DNA of 64,000 bases from Kofleriaceae bacterium (GTDB taxonomy: Bacteria; Myxococcota_A; Polyangia; Haliangiales; Haliangiaceae), in NCBI GenBank assembly GCA_965215005.1, contig CBDCCZ010000001.1, positions 160,001-224,000 of the forward strand. The letters run 5' to 3'. Below the pieces are notes generated by a model. It had not been told where the DNA came from. It did no database searches and worked only from the letters and a program-made list of their open reading frames with translations. This document shows, piece after piece, positions 40,409 to 50,749 of this stretch. The stretch's first letter is position 1. The number at the start of each line of letters is the position of its first letter. Both the position numbers and the translations under genes were made by a program.

Positions 40409-41124
40409 AAGCGTCGCAAGACAACCCGCCGTGCGAGCAACCAATCGCGTACGAGGTGATTCGCAGTCGCCGCTCGACAGCGGACATCATCATCGAACGC
40501 GACGGGAGCGTGCTCGTCCGGGCGCCTGAGTGGGCCGACGACGACCAGGTCGCAAGCATCGTCGAGTCCAAGCATTACTGGATCTATCGCGGCCTCGCCG
40601 AGTGGCGGGACCTCAACGCCACCCGGGTGCTTCGCGAGTATAGGAACGGCGAGGGCTTCCTCTACCTCGGCCGAGCCTACCGGCTCCTGCTCGTCAGCGA
40701 CCGAGACGAGCCGCTGCAGCTCAAGAACGGCCGCTTCACCCTGCGCCGCAACCTCGTCGAGCAAGGTGAGCTCGCCGCAGCCAAAGCCGCCTTCCGCGAC
40801 TTTTACACCGCCAAGAGCCTCGAGCGCCTGCGCGCCCGCGTCGAATACTACGCCCCAAAGACGGGTGTGGAACCGGCCGGCGTTGAGGTGAAGGAGCTCG
40901 GCCACCGGTGGGCCTCGTGCTCACCCTCCGGCAAGCTCGCCTTCCACTGGAAGTGCATGATGGCTCCCCAGACCATCATCGACTACATCGCCGTCCACGA
41001 GCTTTGCCACCTCCATCACCGCGACCACACCGACGCCTTCTGGAACGAGGTCGACAAGGTGATGCCCGACTTCCGCGAGCGGAAAGAGTGGCTCCGCAAG
41101 AACGGCGCGGGGCTCGACCTTTGA
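40405..41124 (+). CDS. M48/YgjP (DUF45) family metallo-hydrolase
   Basis: RWASCS...IDYIAVHELCHL..H...FW; usual position after hsdR. Confidence 0.9.
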   Translation: MKASQDNPPCEQPIAYEVIRSRRSTADIIIERDGSVLVRAPEWADDDQVASIVESKHYWIYRGLAEWRDLNATRVLREYRNGEGFLYLGRAYRLLLVSDRDEPLQLKNGRFTLRRNLVEQGELAAAKAAFRDFYTAKSLERLRARVEYYAPKTGVEPAGVEVKELGHRWASCSPSGKLAFHWKCMMAPQTIIDYIAVHELCHLHHRDHTDAFWNEVDKVMPDFRERKEWLRKNGAGLDL

Positions 41125-41244
41125 CCAACCTCGCTCATGGATACAGCGCCACACCGGCACCGACTCGGAGGGCGCTATGAGCGAGATTCTCAGACAGCCA
41201 CGAGAGCCCCAGTGGGGCGGCGCGACCAATACCGCGGTGGAATC

Positions 41245-42143
41245 GTGAGCGCACACCCGCACGAAGCTGGCTTCAGGGAGTGGTCCAAGCCGCCAACGGC
41301 GACGGAGGGCCAGCGTTGTGCGAACGCCGAGAGCGTCGTGTACAACGCCATAAAGTCGTATCCCGCGTTCGCCAGCAGGAACATTGAGGTATTCGCTCAG
41401 GGCTCGTATCGAAACGGCACCAACGTGCGCGCTAACAGCGATGTCGATATCTGCGTGCGCTGCATGGACGTGTGCTTCAGCGATATTCCCAGCGGCGTCT
41501 CCCAGTCAGACGTTGGCCTCGTTGAGGGGACCTATACCTACTCCGAGTTCAAGAACGACGTTAAGTACGCGTTGAGGAACTATCTCGGAGCGGCTGCGGT
41601 CTCGCGCGGAAAGAAGGCCTTCGACCTTCGCGCGAATACGTACAGAGTCGACGCTGACGTCGTCCCGACCTTCGAGCATCGCCGTTATCGCGTCTACGAC
41701 GGGCAGTACTCCTATTTGTCGGGGGCCGAGCTGCATCCTGACGGAGGCGGTTTGATCGTGAATTGGCCGCACCAGAACTACAGGAATGGCACGTCCAAAA
41801 ACGACGCCACAGGTACGCGATTCAAGAAGCTGGTCCGGGTGCTGAAGCGACTGCGTGACGAGATGATTGCGGCGGGGAGCGCTGCGGCGAAGCCAATCCC
41901 CTCCTACTTGATCGAGTGTCTCGTCTGGAACGCCCCAACAGTGCTTTCGGCGGGGACCAGTACGCAGAGAACCTGCGGTCGATCCTGTTGCATCTCTATA
42001 CGAACACGCAAGACGACCGCACGTGCAGGGCGTGGGGCGAAGTCAACGAGTTGAAGTATCTCTTCCAAGATGGCCAGCTCTGGACGAGGGGTGGCGTGAA
42101 TAACTTCATTTCCGCGGCGTGGAGCAGCGCGGGCTTCAAATGA
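41245..42143 (+). CDS. cGAS/DncV-like nucleotidyltransferase (CD-NTase, CdnE-like), frameshifted at ~41935
   Basis: QGSYRNGTNVRANSDVD, VDADVVP, NWPHQNYRNG, PSYLIECLVWN; C-terminus (EVNELKYLF) continues in another frame after a C4 run. Confidence 0.85.
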
Positions 42144-42156
42144 TTCGACGGGCAGC

Positions 42157-42819
42157 ATGCTGAGACGATTGCATCTCTCTGCGGTCATCCTCGTCGCTGG
42201 CGTGTTCTGGGGCGGGATGCTCGTATTAGAAGGCGTGGCGGTGACGGGAGCGTTGTTGCGACCGTTCTCGACGGTCGTCGGCGCTTTGATGCTCGTGCTC
42301 GCCGCCTTCGACCTGTGGGGATGGCGATGGCGCCTTCTCCGCGGCTGGTTTGTTTTCCGGCCGGACCTGCGAGCTACGTGGCGCGTGGAGCTACAAAGCG
42401 ACTGGAAGGGCCCAGCGACGAACACGGGCGTTGGACCAATTGTCGCGTACCTCGTCGTGCGTCAGACGTTCTCCACGCTCAGCGTCCGCATGCTATCGGC
42501 CGAGTCGGCTTCTGAGCTCGTTGCGGCCGAGATCAACAAGGCGAGCGACGGTACGTACCGGCTGGCGGCGGTATATCGAAATGAGCCGAGGCTCACCGTC
42601 CGTGATCGCAGTCCGATTCACTACGGCGGGTTTGTCCTCGATGTACAGGGAGATTCGGTGACCGACCTCGCGGGCCACTACTGGACCGATCGGAGCTCGC
42701 GGGGGGAGCTGCGGACGCTGGCACGGGGGACCGCGATCGCGGGCTCTTTCGTGGAGGCGCTGAAGTTACTGCCTCCGGGACCCTGTGCGGATCCAGCGAC
42801 AGGGGACGCGCAGCTATGA
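42157..42819 (+). CDS. cap15: CBASS 2TM beta-barrel effector (Cap15 / S-2TM-beta)
   Basis: Two TM helices, then PDLRATW...VRQT...ESAS...YRNEP...IHYG...GHYWTDR. Confidence 0.85.
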   Translation: MLRRLHLSAVILVAGVFWGGMLVLEGVAVTGALLRPFSTVVGALMLVLAAFDLWGWRWRLLRGWFVFRPDLRATWRVELQSDWKGPATNTGVGPIVAYLVVRQTFSTLSVRMLSAESASELVAAEINKASDGTYRLAAVYRNEPRLTVRDRSPIHYGGFVLDVQGDSVTDLAGHYWTDRSSRGELRTLARGTAIAGSFVEALKLLPPGPCADPATGDAQL

Positions 42820-44576
42820 GACGGCACTCGATCAATCTTTTTATGTGGGGCTATCAGCCGCAGTTTCGCTCTCACTTCGAGCACCTTATGGATGCGGTCA
42901 TGGAGGAGCTCGGCGTGGACGACGCCTACGGAAAGTGCATGCTGGTCGGCGTCAAGGTTCCTGACGCCAATTCGGAACATGATGTCTGCATCGAACCCGA
43001 GGATGGTCTGTGGCCGTTGGAACTGTTCGCCGGACTACCATCCGCCGTCGAGAAGCACATCAAGAACCATCCACTACAGAACACGTTTTACGGCGACGAG
43101 CCGAGTATGCGGGACAAGCCGGAGAGCATCCGCCGCGACTCGGTACGCGAGGCGGTGCAGGAAGCACTCGGGCCTTACGACACCAAGGCTGACGTGCTCT
43201 CTTTCGCGGGGCCCCCGGCGCCTGTCGACGGCTATCACGTCGTCCCAGTGCTCCAGCTTCCTAACGCCGTCTTTGAACGCTTCCGGCCCCTTCGCGCGCC
43301 GGTGACGGAAGGCCGGATCACAGGGATTGCTGGGCTCATTCACGCGGCGGTGAAGCAAGTCCTCAGCGAGGCGCGCGACGAACTTCGGCGCCCAGATCCC
43401 GGACGATGCATCGGCGGCAGGTCCGCGTCGGCCGCGGAGATCGTGCGGCGAGCAGCATCGGACTTCATGTACACGCCTGGCATCGCAATCGGTGACAGGA
43501 GCTACGGCGGCCCGAACCTTTTCGAGCGGTTCAACTTGATATCGTCGCTGATGTACGAGGGCGCCGAGGGGACGGGCCGAATGCTCCTGGCCAACCTCCA
43601 GGGAGGCGCGGTCGAGGTTGCGCTGGAGTTCTCCGAACCGGTGCCTTTCCACGATCCGCGATGGTCTCGGAAGTTGCTACAGATGGCCTCCTCGGAGACG
43701 GCTTTGCTGGCCAACACAGAGAGCATTCTTGGCCTGGGGGACATCGCCAAAGGTGCCGACCCGTGGGCCACGCAGAACGCCTTCGAAGTCGAATTTCACG
43801 ACCACTACCACTGGAGCCTGTCGTGCGGAGACGAGGTGCTTCTCGTGAGCAGGTTCGGTGCCCCATCCTTGCCGCGCGAAAAATTCCCAAAGGCCCGGCT
43901 TCTCGACACGTTTCAGCGACTCTTCCCCGAGGTGACTGCCGCCGATATCGGCACTTTCACAGCGTTGTTCGATGTCGCCGTGGAGCAGCGGCGTGGAAGT
44001 ATGTTGGTCGTTGCGCACGACGCCAGCGAGGAGGCTACACGACTCGGTGGACAGGGGACCAGGGTCACGCCTACGAAGTTAACGCCTGAACTCTACCGCC
44101 GCGTGAGCAATATCGACGGCACCATCCTTTTAGACCCGAAGTGCATCTGCCACGCGGTGGGGGTGATCCTCGACGGTCCGGCGAACGAGGGCTGCACGCC
44201 GTCCAGAGGAGCTCGATATAATTCGGGCATCCGCTACGTCGCGGCGTCGTCGTCGCCGCGCCTTGCGGTCGTCGTGTCGGACGACAGCACAGTCGACGTG
44301 ATTCCCGTTCTTCGCCCGCGGATAAGTCGCAGCACCATCGAAGAACAAGTGGCGAGGCTCGAGGCTGCCACCGTCAATAATTACCACGAGGTGATCGCGT
44401 GGCTCGACAAGCACCGCTTTTACCTCGATCAATCGCTCTGCGAGCGAGCGAACGCCGCGCAACAGAAGCTCGATGGCGTGCCGAGGGAGGAGGGGGAGAT
44501 AAGGGTTCTGCGGCCAGAATTTCGGCCTAACCCTCGCTGCACCGCCGACTACTTCGAGTCGGAGGGCAGCGCATGA
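42816..44576 (+). CDS. Diadenylate cyclase (DisA_N/DAC) domain protein with long N-terminal region
   Basis: RGSMLVV...IDGTILLD...GVILDG...RGARYNSG...VVVSDD (variant DGA/RHR motifs). Confidence 0.8.
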   Translation: MRRHSINLFMWGYQPQFRSHFEHLMDAVMEELGVDDAYGKCMLVGVKVPDANSEHDVCIEPEDGLWPLELFAGLPSAVEKHIKNHPLQNTFYGDEPSMRDKPESIRRDSVREAVQEALGPYDTKADVLSFAGPPAPVDGYHVVPVLQLPNAVFERFRPLRAPVTEGRITGIAGLIHAAVKQVLSEARDELRRPDPGRCIGGRSASAAEIVRRAASDFMYTPGIAIGDRSYGGPNLFERFNLISSLMYEGAEGTGRMLLANLQGGAVEVALEFSEPVPFHDPRWSRKLLQMASSETALLANTESILGLGDIAKGADPWATQNAFEVEFHDHYHWSLSCGDEVLLVSRFGAPSLPREKFPKARLLDTFQRLFPEVTAADIGTFTALFDVAVEQRRGSMLVVAHDASEEATRLGGQGTRVTPTKLTPELYRRVSNIDGTILLDPKCICHAVGVILDGPANEGCTPSRGARYNSGIRYVAASSSPRLAVVVSDDSTVDVIPVLRPRISRSTIEEQVARLEAATVNNYHEVIAWLDKHRFYLDQSLCERANAAQQKLDGVPREEGEIRVLRPEFRPNPRCTADYFESEGSA

Positions 44577-44738
44577 TGTTGTCGACGTGGGGCTTGCGCG
44601 GTTTGTTGCGCGATCATAAGACGCGCGTGCGGAGCCTTCCAGTACCCCAACTAGGATCTCGCCAGTTGCTGGTGAACCGTTGGACCTACGCGGGCCGTCA
44701 GCTCCACGCTTAGCGATCAACCGTCCCGACCACGTTAT

Positions 44739-45107
44739 CTAGAGATCGGCCTGTTGTCGTTTCCTGAGCCGTCGAAGCAGAGTTTGAACCGAGTTCGGGG
44801 AGAGTCCGAGTCGGTGGGCAGCTTCTGCTCTAGATAGTCCCTCCGTGTATATCAGCGTGTACACGTCGCGCTCGCGCTCCGGCACCTCGCAGCCACGGCG
44901 GCGGATGAAGTGGTCCATCCGGTCTTTGTCGTAGGGGAGGGGCCGCCCATGCCGCCGTAGGGGTGCCTGGGCCAAATGGATCTCGGCCCGGAGGCAGGCA
45001 AGCTCATGGGGCGATGGCGCAGGGGCGGTGACAGGGGGTGACGTTCCCTTACTACGATTACTACAGTGTTCGTCGCCCGAGGTCCGCCGTAGTCCAGCAG
45101 TGTCCAT
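44739..45107 (-). CDS. Small sigma-70 region-4-like HTH protein (start uncertain)
   Basis: ERERDVYTLIYTEGLSRAEAAHRLGLSPNSVQTLLRRLR. Confidence 0.6.
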   Translation of the reverse strand: MDTAGLRRTSGDEHCSNRSKGTSPPVTAPAPSPHELACLRAEIHLAQAPLRRHGRPLPYDKDRMDHFIRRRGCEVPERERDVYTLIYTEGLSRAEAAHRLGLSPNSVQTLLRRLRKRQQADL

Positions 45108-45165
45108 GCGAAGCTCGGCGTCCTCGGCGTGGGGTCCGCGTCGCTCCGCCTGGGACTCTTCGTTC

Positions 45166-45192
45166 CGCGGGTTCGAGTCCCGTCCGCCCCGC
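45166..45192 (+). other. att site: 3' fragment of a tRNA-Asp-like gene
   Basis: CGCGGGTTCGAGTCCCGTCCGCCCCGC = T-arm plus acceptor strand resembling bacterial tRNA-Asp; no D or anticodon arm upstream. Confidence 0.8.
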
Positions 45193-45200
45193 AAATCAGG

Positions 45201-45234
45201 AAGCCCGGAAGTCCACGAGACTTCCGGGCTTTTT
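45201..45234 (+). terminator. Rho-independent terminator
   Basis: AAGCCCGGAAGTC-cacga-GACTTCCGGGCTT followed by T run. Confidence 0.85.
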
Positions 45235-45325
45235 GTCGTCCGTGGGTACGGGGAGTGGGGAGGACTGTAGCAGCGATTGTAGCGGTGCATCCGCCGCTCA
45301 TGGTGGCGGATGTTGTCACCCGCCT

Positions 45326-45601
45326 CTAGGCGCAGTTCGCGACTTCCTCACATTTCGCCCATTTCGGCGACCCGCTGAGTGTCGTGTAGAGGTCGATGAC
45401 GGCCTTTGGCGGGCGGTGGGTTACCCATCGCAGCACGTCAGGTCGTGCACCATCCTCGATGGCTAAGGAAACGAATGTCCGTCGCGGATCGTGTTGGCGA
45501 CGCGGGCGAAGCCCGACGCGGACGCAATCTTCATGAACGCGCTTCAGCATGTGTCGCTGCTCCGGTGTCTTCACGGCGGGACAGGATTTAGAGTTCGTCA
45601 T
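45326..45601 (-). pseudogene. Tyrosine integrase C-terminal remnant
   Basis: RRQHDPRRTFVSLA...WVTH...DLY resembles the HxxR/H/Y boxes; no N-terminal part visible. Confidence 0.65.
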
Positions 45602-46862
45602 CCGCTGACACCACTCGCATCATTTACTGTCATCCCTGCTCACGCGTGGACGCGGCCAGGACGAGAGCCTCTGCGCAAGTATTGGGTGCACGAGCATCTG
45701 CCGCGCGCCACCTGTCGTGGCACCCTTCGCGCTCTTTGTTTTGTCGTTCGTGATGGAGCTCCTCAAGGGCAGGACGTCCGGGCGGAGTCACCTCACTGAA
45801 GCGCGCTGCACTCGCGCCGAACTGGGTGCTCGTGAGGAATGGGGAGGAGTCCCCGGTATTCGGGTGGGGTGCTATCGGGTGCTGGGGCGAAGTCCGAATT
45901 GGACGAACTCGTCACTTGGATATCGTCATCGTGCAACATCGGTGTCGAGCGTGGCCGCGCGATCTTCGCTGGCCGCGGCGACGGGCGGGAAATCATCGGC
46001 TCGAGTAGAAGGAGTTGGTCGCTCCCAAATGTCATCGACGCGATAATCGGCTGCGCCGACGCGGGGCGATGGCGGCTGGCAATGCTGGTCGCAGTCTCTT
46101 TCTCGGCGTCGACTGTTCCGCTCGTTGCTTTTCGAGCGTTTCGCGGCTCCCGCTGTGAAACACGAGGCTCATAACAACTCTTCCGACTTCACGCGCTTCT
46201 ATTGCTGCGCTTCTGCGTGCGAACATTTAGCCTGATAGGAGGCTAGTGGCCCGAGAGAAGCGTATTCGAGGCTCGAGTCATACGTGCATTGCGCTGTTGG
46301 AGATAGGAGAGACGAGGGGCTCGAGTTGGAGTCGACTTGGCGAAAGTGCTATGTACCATCTCTGTGCTTCTTGCATGTTCGCCGTTTGCTTGAAGCCGAG
46401 GAGCGACGGGCAGGTTGGTGCCGTTCGTCGTGGCTGCGTTGGCGAGACCCTGCGGGATGGCGGCAATGAGGCGACAGCGCGTTGCTCGCAGCGATGACCG
46501 GTAAGGCGCTGGCGCGTCGGGGCGTGGGCGCGCGAAGCGCAGGCAGCGGTGCCAGGTAACACCAGGCCCAATTCATTCACGCGGCTCGAGCATCGGCGGC
46601 ATCGTCGACCGGTTCACGATTCAGGGTCGTGACCACCAACCGCTCGAGTGCTAGATTAGCTGACCCTCCGCGCTCGGTATATTTCGCATGAGGCGCGAGT
46701 GTCCATTCGGGCACCCGTCGCGCATACATTCATTTAGTGGCTAGTCGCGCGACCGGCTTGCGTCATGCAACCATGGACGGTACGGACCCGGCTACTAAAG
46801 GACGAGCTAGATCAAGCTTCTCTACTTGGTGATTCGGCGCCGTTGGGTTATTAAGACTACGA

Positions 46863-47441
46863 ATGAGTCGGGAGCTTCAGTATTCTAGTTTGGTCGAGCT
46901 CGTTACTGCTTATGAGCAGCAGCTCGCGATCGTGGTGGAAGCACAGCGCCGGATGGAAGAGGTTGGGCGGCGGCTAGCGGTTGCTTTGGTCACTCCACCG
47001 TTCAAAAGCGCATCAGGGTGCTCGCCATTGGCAGCTTCGGGGGCGAACCGCAGCGCGGTCAACGGCAACAGTTCCGTTGGATCGTCGAAAGCGCATGTGG
47101 AGCCGCGTGAGCAACTGGCGCTGAGTCTCTCAGGTGCGACGGAAGTGAGTTTACCGCCGTCGTTGCCCTCAACGATCACGTCTGGGCGCGGCGTCGATTG
47201 GCCGCAGCTCCAGACAGCGTTGCTCGCGGCGATGAAGCCGGAGAAGCCGTACACGACGCAGGACCTCGCTCAGATGCTCGGGCTGCGAGCCTCGGCACCT
47301 ACGATCATCCGTCGACTGTGCGCGCCGCTGGAGTTTGTCGGCAAGCTGCGTCGGGTGGACGCGGACGGCGTTCGTTGGATGGGGCTGGCGGGTACGGGCA
47401 TGCGATGGATGAGGTTGTTGCCGCCCGAGCTCACGCCTTAG
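46863..47441 (+). CDS. Hypothetical protein, possible C-terminal winged HTH
   Basis: N-terminal coiled coil; LLAAMKPEKPYTTQDLAQMLG. Confidence 0.55.
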   Translation: MSRELQYSSLVELVTAYEQQLAIVVEAQRRMEEVGRRLAVALVTPPFKSASGCSPLAASGANRSAVNGNSSVGSSKAHVEPREQLALSLSGATEVSLPPSLPSTITSGRGVDWPQLQTALLAAMKPEKPYTTQDLAQMLGLRASAPTIIRRLCAPLEFVGKLRRVDADGVRWMGLAGTGMRWMRLLPPELTP

Positions 47442-47657
47442 CCGCTAATCACGCGCCGTGCGGAATTAACCGATCGGCCTCTAGTGCGCGGCGACGTTGG
47501 GGGGATGCGAAGCGAGCGCGAGCAGGTTTTGGGAGAGCTCGGGCGCGCGGGGCTCGCGATGAGCGCGGGCTTGGCGATGACGCGGCCCTGGATCGATGAA
47601 GGAAACCGAGCTCGCCCTGATGGCGAGCTCGGTCCACTTCACACGCCGGGCGGCAGA

Positions 47658-50390
47658 CTAGCGCGTGGACTTAGTGCTGAGCTTCGCGGGGGTCAGGACG
47701 ATGTCATGACCGTGCACGAGGCGTGGGGCGAGGTTCTGGGTAGAGGCCGGCAGGGCATACGGGTCGGCTGCAGCATAGTCGACGGTGTAACCGAGGTCGG
47801 CGAGGTCGGCGATCGTCAGCATGGAGAGCGGATTGATGCCTTCAGACAAGTAGCCGGTCATAAGTTCATTGACGAAGGTTGCTTCCCGCCAGTGCGATTC
47901 CCGCGTTCCTCCACCACCGGTGTTGGCTGCGGGAACACTGTCCTCGAGGGGCAGCGACGCGGCGGTGCGCAGCGCGATGTACTCTTCGACGCCGAGGGGC
48001 GCTGTGTAGCGCGGATCGTACTCCTCGCTGTTGGGGTCGGCCCCTTCAGCAACGGTTCCTGTCAGGAAGCCATTGCCCGCCCACAAGCTTCCAATGCCGA
48101 GCACGTGGCCCATTTCATGAAGAATGACCGCGTCGAGGCCGCCCTCGTTCTCGAGATCGGCTAGATCAGCGAGGTCGAACCGCATCACGCCGTAGGTTGG
48201 AAGCGGCAAGCGTTCGCCGTTGCTTCCGTCGGCGCGGAGTAGGCATGGGCCTGCAGAGCCGAGAACGCTACCTGGGCCATCGATAGGCTCGCCGACGGCG
48301 CTAACCACGAGATCGTCCACGAAGCCATTAAACGGCGGTTCACCATTGCACGAGAAATCGGCTGGTAGCTCTGCGCTGCCCGACGACAGAGCGGCAAGGT
48401 CGCCGACGATTACTTCGCTCCAGCGGTCGGCGGCGATCTGAAAGGCCGCGCGTTGCGAGTCGGAGAGCTGGTCGTTTCCGAAGACGACAACGATGTTGAA
48501 ACGATTCGGGTCGTCGATAGCGATCGTGGGGAAGGCTTTTTCAACAACGGTGCCGGCGGAGTTGGTGACGGAAACCGTGACTACGTAGAAGCCGGGCTGG
48601 TCCCACGCATGCGTGGCGGTTACGAACTCAGCACTCTCGCATGGCAGCGGCTCGGTGGTGCCGTCGCCAAAGTCGATCTGGCAAGAGATTGGATCGGCGG
48701 ATACGGCGAACAACTCATAAGTGATTGGCGTGCCGGGCTCTGCTACGCGAACGCTTTCCGCGAACTCCTCTATGACCGGGGGCTCGCCTGCTTCTGGGAT
48801 CTGAGGAGGCGTAATGGTATTGGTATAGGTGCCGGCGTCGCCGGGCTCATAGGCGCTGACGACGACGACATACTCCGTGTTCGCCTCCAGGAGCAGGCGG
48901 ACGCGCGACTTTCGATTGTCTCCAAAGTCGTCATTGGCAACGAGAACGTTCTCGAGCGGCTGGTTGGGATCAAACGGTGCGCGATAGACGTGAATGTAGC
49001 CGTCGTAATCCTGCTCGCTGAGGACCGTGTAGAAACCGCGCTCCTCGGTGGTGAAGGGGCACAGGTCATACGCGACGAGCCCGTCGATTAGGCCAGGACC
49101 GGTGCCTTCGGGGCGGGCGAACTCAGGTCCGCCCACAGTCGTGCCTTCGCAGATGACCGTGCCCGGCGGGGGCGGCGGGGGCGGCGGCAGCTCTTTGGCC
49201 CAATACGGACTCGTGCTGAAGAAGAAGGGCGGCGGCAGGTCGATGAGTGGCGTCGAGTCGGCCGCAACCGTGTCGCCGTTGTCGAGGATGTTGGCTTTGT
49301 AGATCAAGCCTTCTTGGGCGTACGTGAACGTCATGCCGTCGGCCGTAATGAACGGGTGGTCAATCTCCTCCCCCTCGAACAGCAGACCAAGCTCGCCCAA
49401 CGCCGGCGTCAGGATGACGACCGCGGCTCGCGCGTCGAACACCTCCTGGAACATGATGCGCTCGCCGGCAAAGCTGGCGCTGGGGTTTGATAGAGCTGTC
49501 GTGGCGCCCGGAGCTCCCGCATAAACGACCGAGCCACCACTGCCATCGGTCGCGAAGCTCACAATGATCGGTGCATCGAACACTGCAATGGCCGCGGGAC
49601 CGTCGGCAGCAAAGTAGACGTTCGAACCGCTCCCATCGAGCGATGGCTGGCGCTGCTCGAGAGGTTGGCCGCCGACGGTGATGGAAACGTTGCCGGTCTC
49701 GATCTCGCCGGTGCTGCGGTCGAGTCTAGCGACGACATGGTCGGTGGTACCGGACTCGGGATCGAACGTCTGCCATGCGTGCGTGGCACCATCGAGCGCC
49801 ATCGACACATGGAGCTCGTCTTGATCCGTGCTCGGCAGTGTGAATACCTCGCCGGCAGTGCCAGCGAGGGAGCCATCGACATCTAGCAAGAAGACGTCGA
49901 AGTCGCCATCGTCGGACTCTGCTGCGAACGTGACGAGCCCGCCATCGACGCTCACAGCGACGGAATCGATCGCGCGTTCCCCTCTGTAAATCAGCCGGCC
50001 TGGCAGCTGAAAGTCTCGCACCGTCGCGAGCCGTAGCCAGTACTGGCGGAAGTACCGGCCGAGCTCAAACTTTTGCACATACGCTAACTTGCCCCGTGGC
50101 GTGAACGCTTCTTCTAGGTCTTCAGAGAGGTCGCTGGCCCCGCGCGAAAACGCTGCGCGGTCGGGCCGTCTAATTGGGATTGGCAGGTCTACGCGCGCAT
50201 CTGCTTGCGCCGCCGTGAGTTCGGCGGAAGACGGCAACGGCGCGGCGCTGTCGAGGTCTTGAGTGGTCAGCAGCGGCTCCTCAGAGCCTTCCGCCCCAAC
50301 TCCCTCCGCTGGAGGGGTGGAGGAGCTCCCCGTGCACGCACTCAAATACATCATGCTCCAGAGGAGCATTAAGCGTTTATGCATGCGCAT
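47658..50390 (-). CDS. Lipoprotein: propeller-like region + PKD + leishmanolysin-like zinc metallopeptidase
   Basis: YLSAC lipobox; IDFGDG PKD; HEMGHVLGIG...SHWRE...ELMTG. Confidence 0.85.
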   Translation of the reverse strand: MRMHKRLMLLWSMMYLSACTGSSSTPPAEGVGAEGSEEPLLTTQDLDSAAPLPSSAELTAAQADARVDLPIPIRRPDRAAFSRGASDLSEDLEEAFTPRGKLAYVQKFELGRYFRQYWLRLATVRDFQLPGRLIYRGERAIDSVAVSVDGGLVTFAAESDDGDFDVFLLDVDGSLAGTAGEVFTLPSTDQDELHVSMALDGATHAWQTFDPESGTTDHVVARLDRSTGEIETGNVSITVGGQPLEQRQPSLDGSGSNVYFAADGPAAIAVFDAPIIVSFATDGSGGSVVYAGAPGATTALSNPSASFAGERIMFQEVFDARAAVVILTPALGELGLLFEGEEIDHPFITADGMTFTYAQEGLIYKANILDNGDTVAADSTPLIDLPPPFFFSTSPYWAKELPPPPPPPPGTVICEGTTVGGPEFARPEGTGPGLIDGLVAYDLCPFTTEERGFYTVLSEQDYDGYIHVYRAPFDPNQPLENVLVANDDFGDNRKSRVRLLLEANTEYVVVVSAYEPGDAGTYTNTITPPQIPEAGEPPVIEEFAESVRVAEPGTPITYELFAVSADPISCQIDFGDGTTEPLPCESAEFVTATHAWDQPGFYVVTVSVTNSAGTVVEKAFPTIAIDDPNRFNIVVVFGNDQLSDSQRAAFQIAADRWSEVIVGDLAALSSGSAELPADFSCNGEPPFNGFVDDLVVSAVGEPIDGPGSVLGSAGPCLLRADGSNGERLPLPTYGVMRFDLADLADLENEGGLDAVILHEMGHVLGIGSLWAGNGFLTGTVAEGADPNSEEYDPRYTAPLGVEEYIALRTAASLPLEDSVPAANTGGGGTRESHWREATFVNELMTGYLSEGINPLSMLTIADLADLGYTVDYAAADPYALPASTQNLAPRLVHGHDIVLTPAKLSTKSTR

Positions 50391-50749
50391 AAATAGCATA
50401 CAGCGCAGCACGCGAGAGTACCGCAGTGCTAACTGTCCCTAACGTGCCGACCGTAGCGCTCTCCGCCGCGTCGTTCCACGAAGGCGTGACGCGCCGCGTC
50501 ATCTATCGAGCTACACTTCTGAACCCCGATGGCCGAGCTAGAGGCGCGTCCTAACGAGGCGTGCGTTTGGAGCTACCTGCGCATCAGCCACACCGTGACG
50601 CGCTCCGTCTGGAAGCCGCCGGGTGAGCCAATGCGCATGTTGAGTCGTGAATTTCGAGCCGGCCTGGCGTTACGGCAGCCCGCGAGAACCGAGCGAGCGC
50701 TGAAGCCCCTCCGGTCACGCGAGCCCGCCGTACCAGCCCATGCACAATT

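Larger units (their letters stand above)
1..45192. mobile_element. Composite integrated element (prophage-like module + toxin locus + defence island); left end outside window
   Basis: Phage, defence and toxin genes run up to a tRNA 3'-end fragment at 45166-45192; mostly chromosomal-type genes follow. May be several tandem elements. Confidence 0.7.

Noticed and set aside
45120..45193. Complete tRNA gene
   Set aside because: Only the T-arm and 3' acceptor strand are present; upstream sequence does not form D and anticodon arms.
45602..46862. Short ORFs right of the integrase remnant
   Set aside because: No recognisable motifs or consistent frame; probably decayed island DNA.
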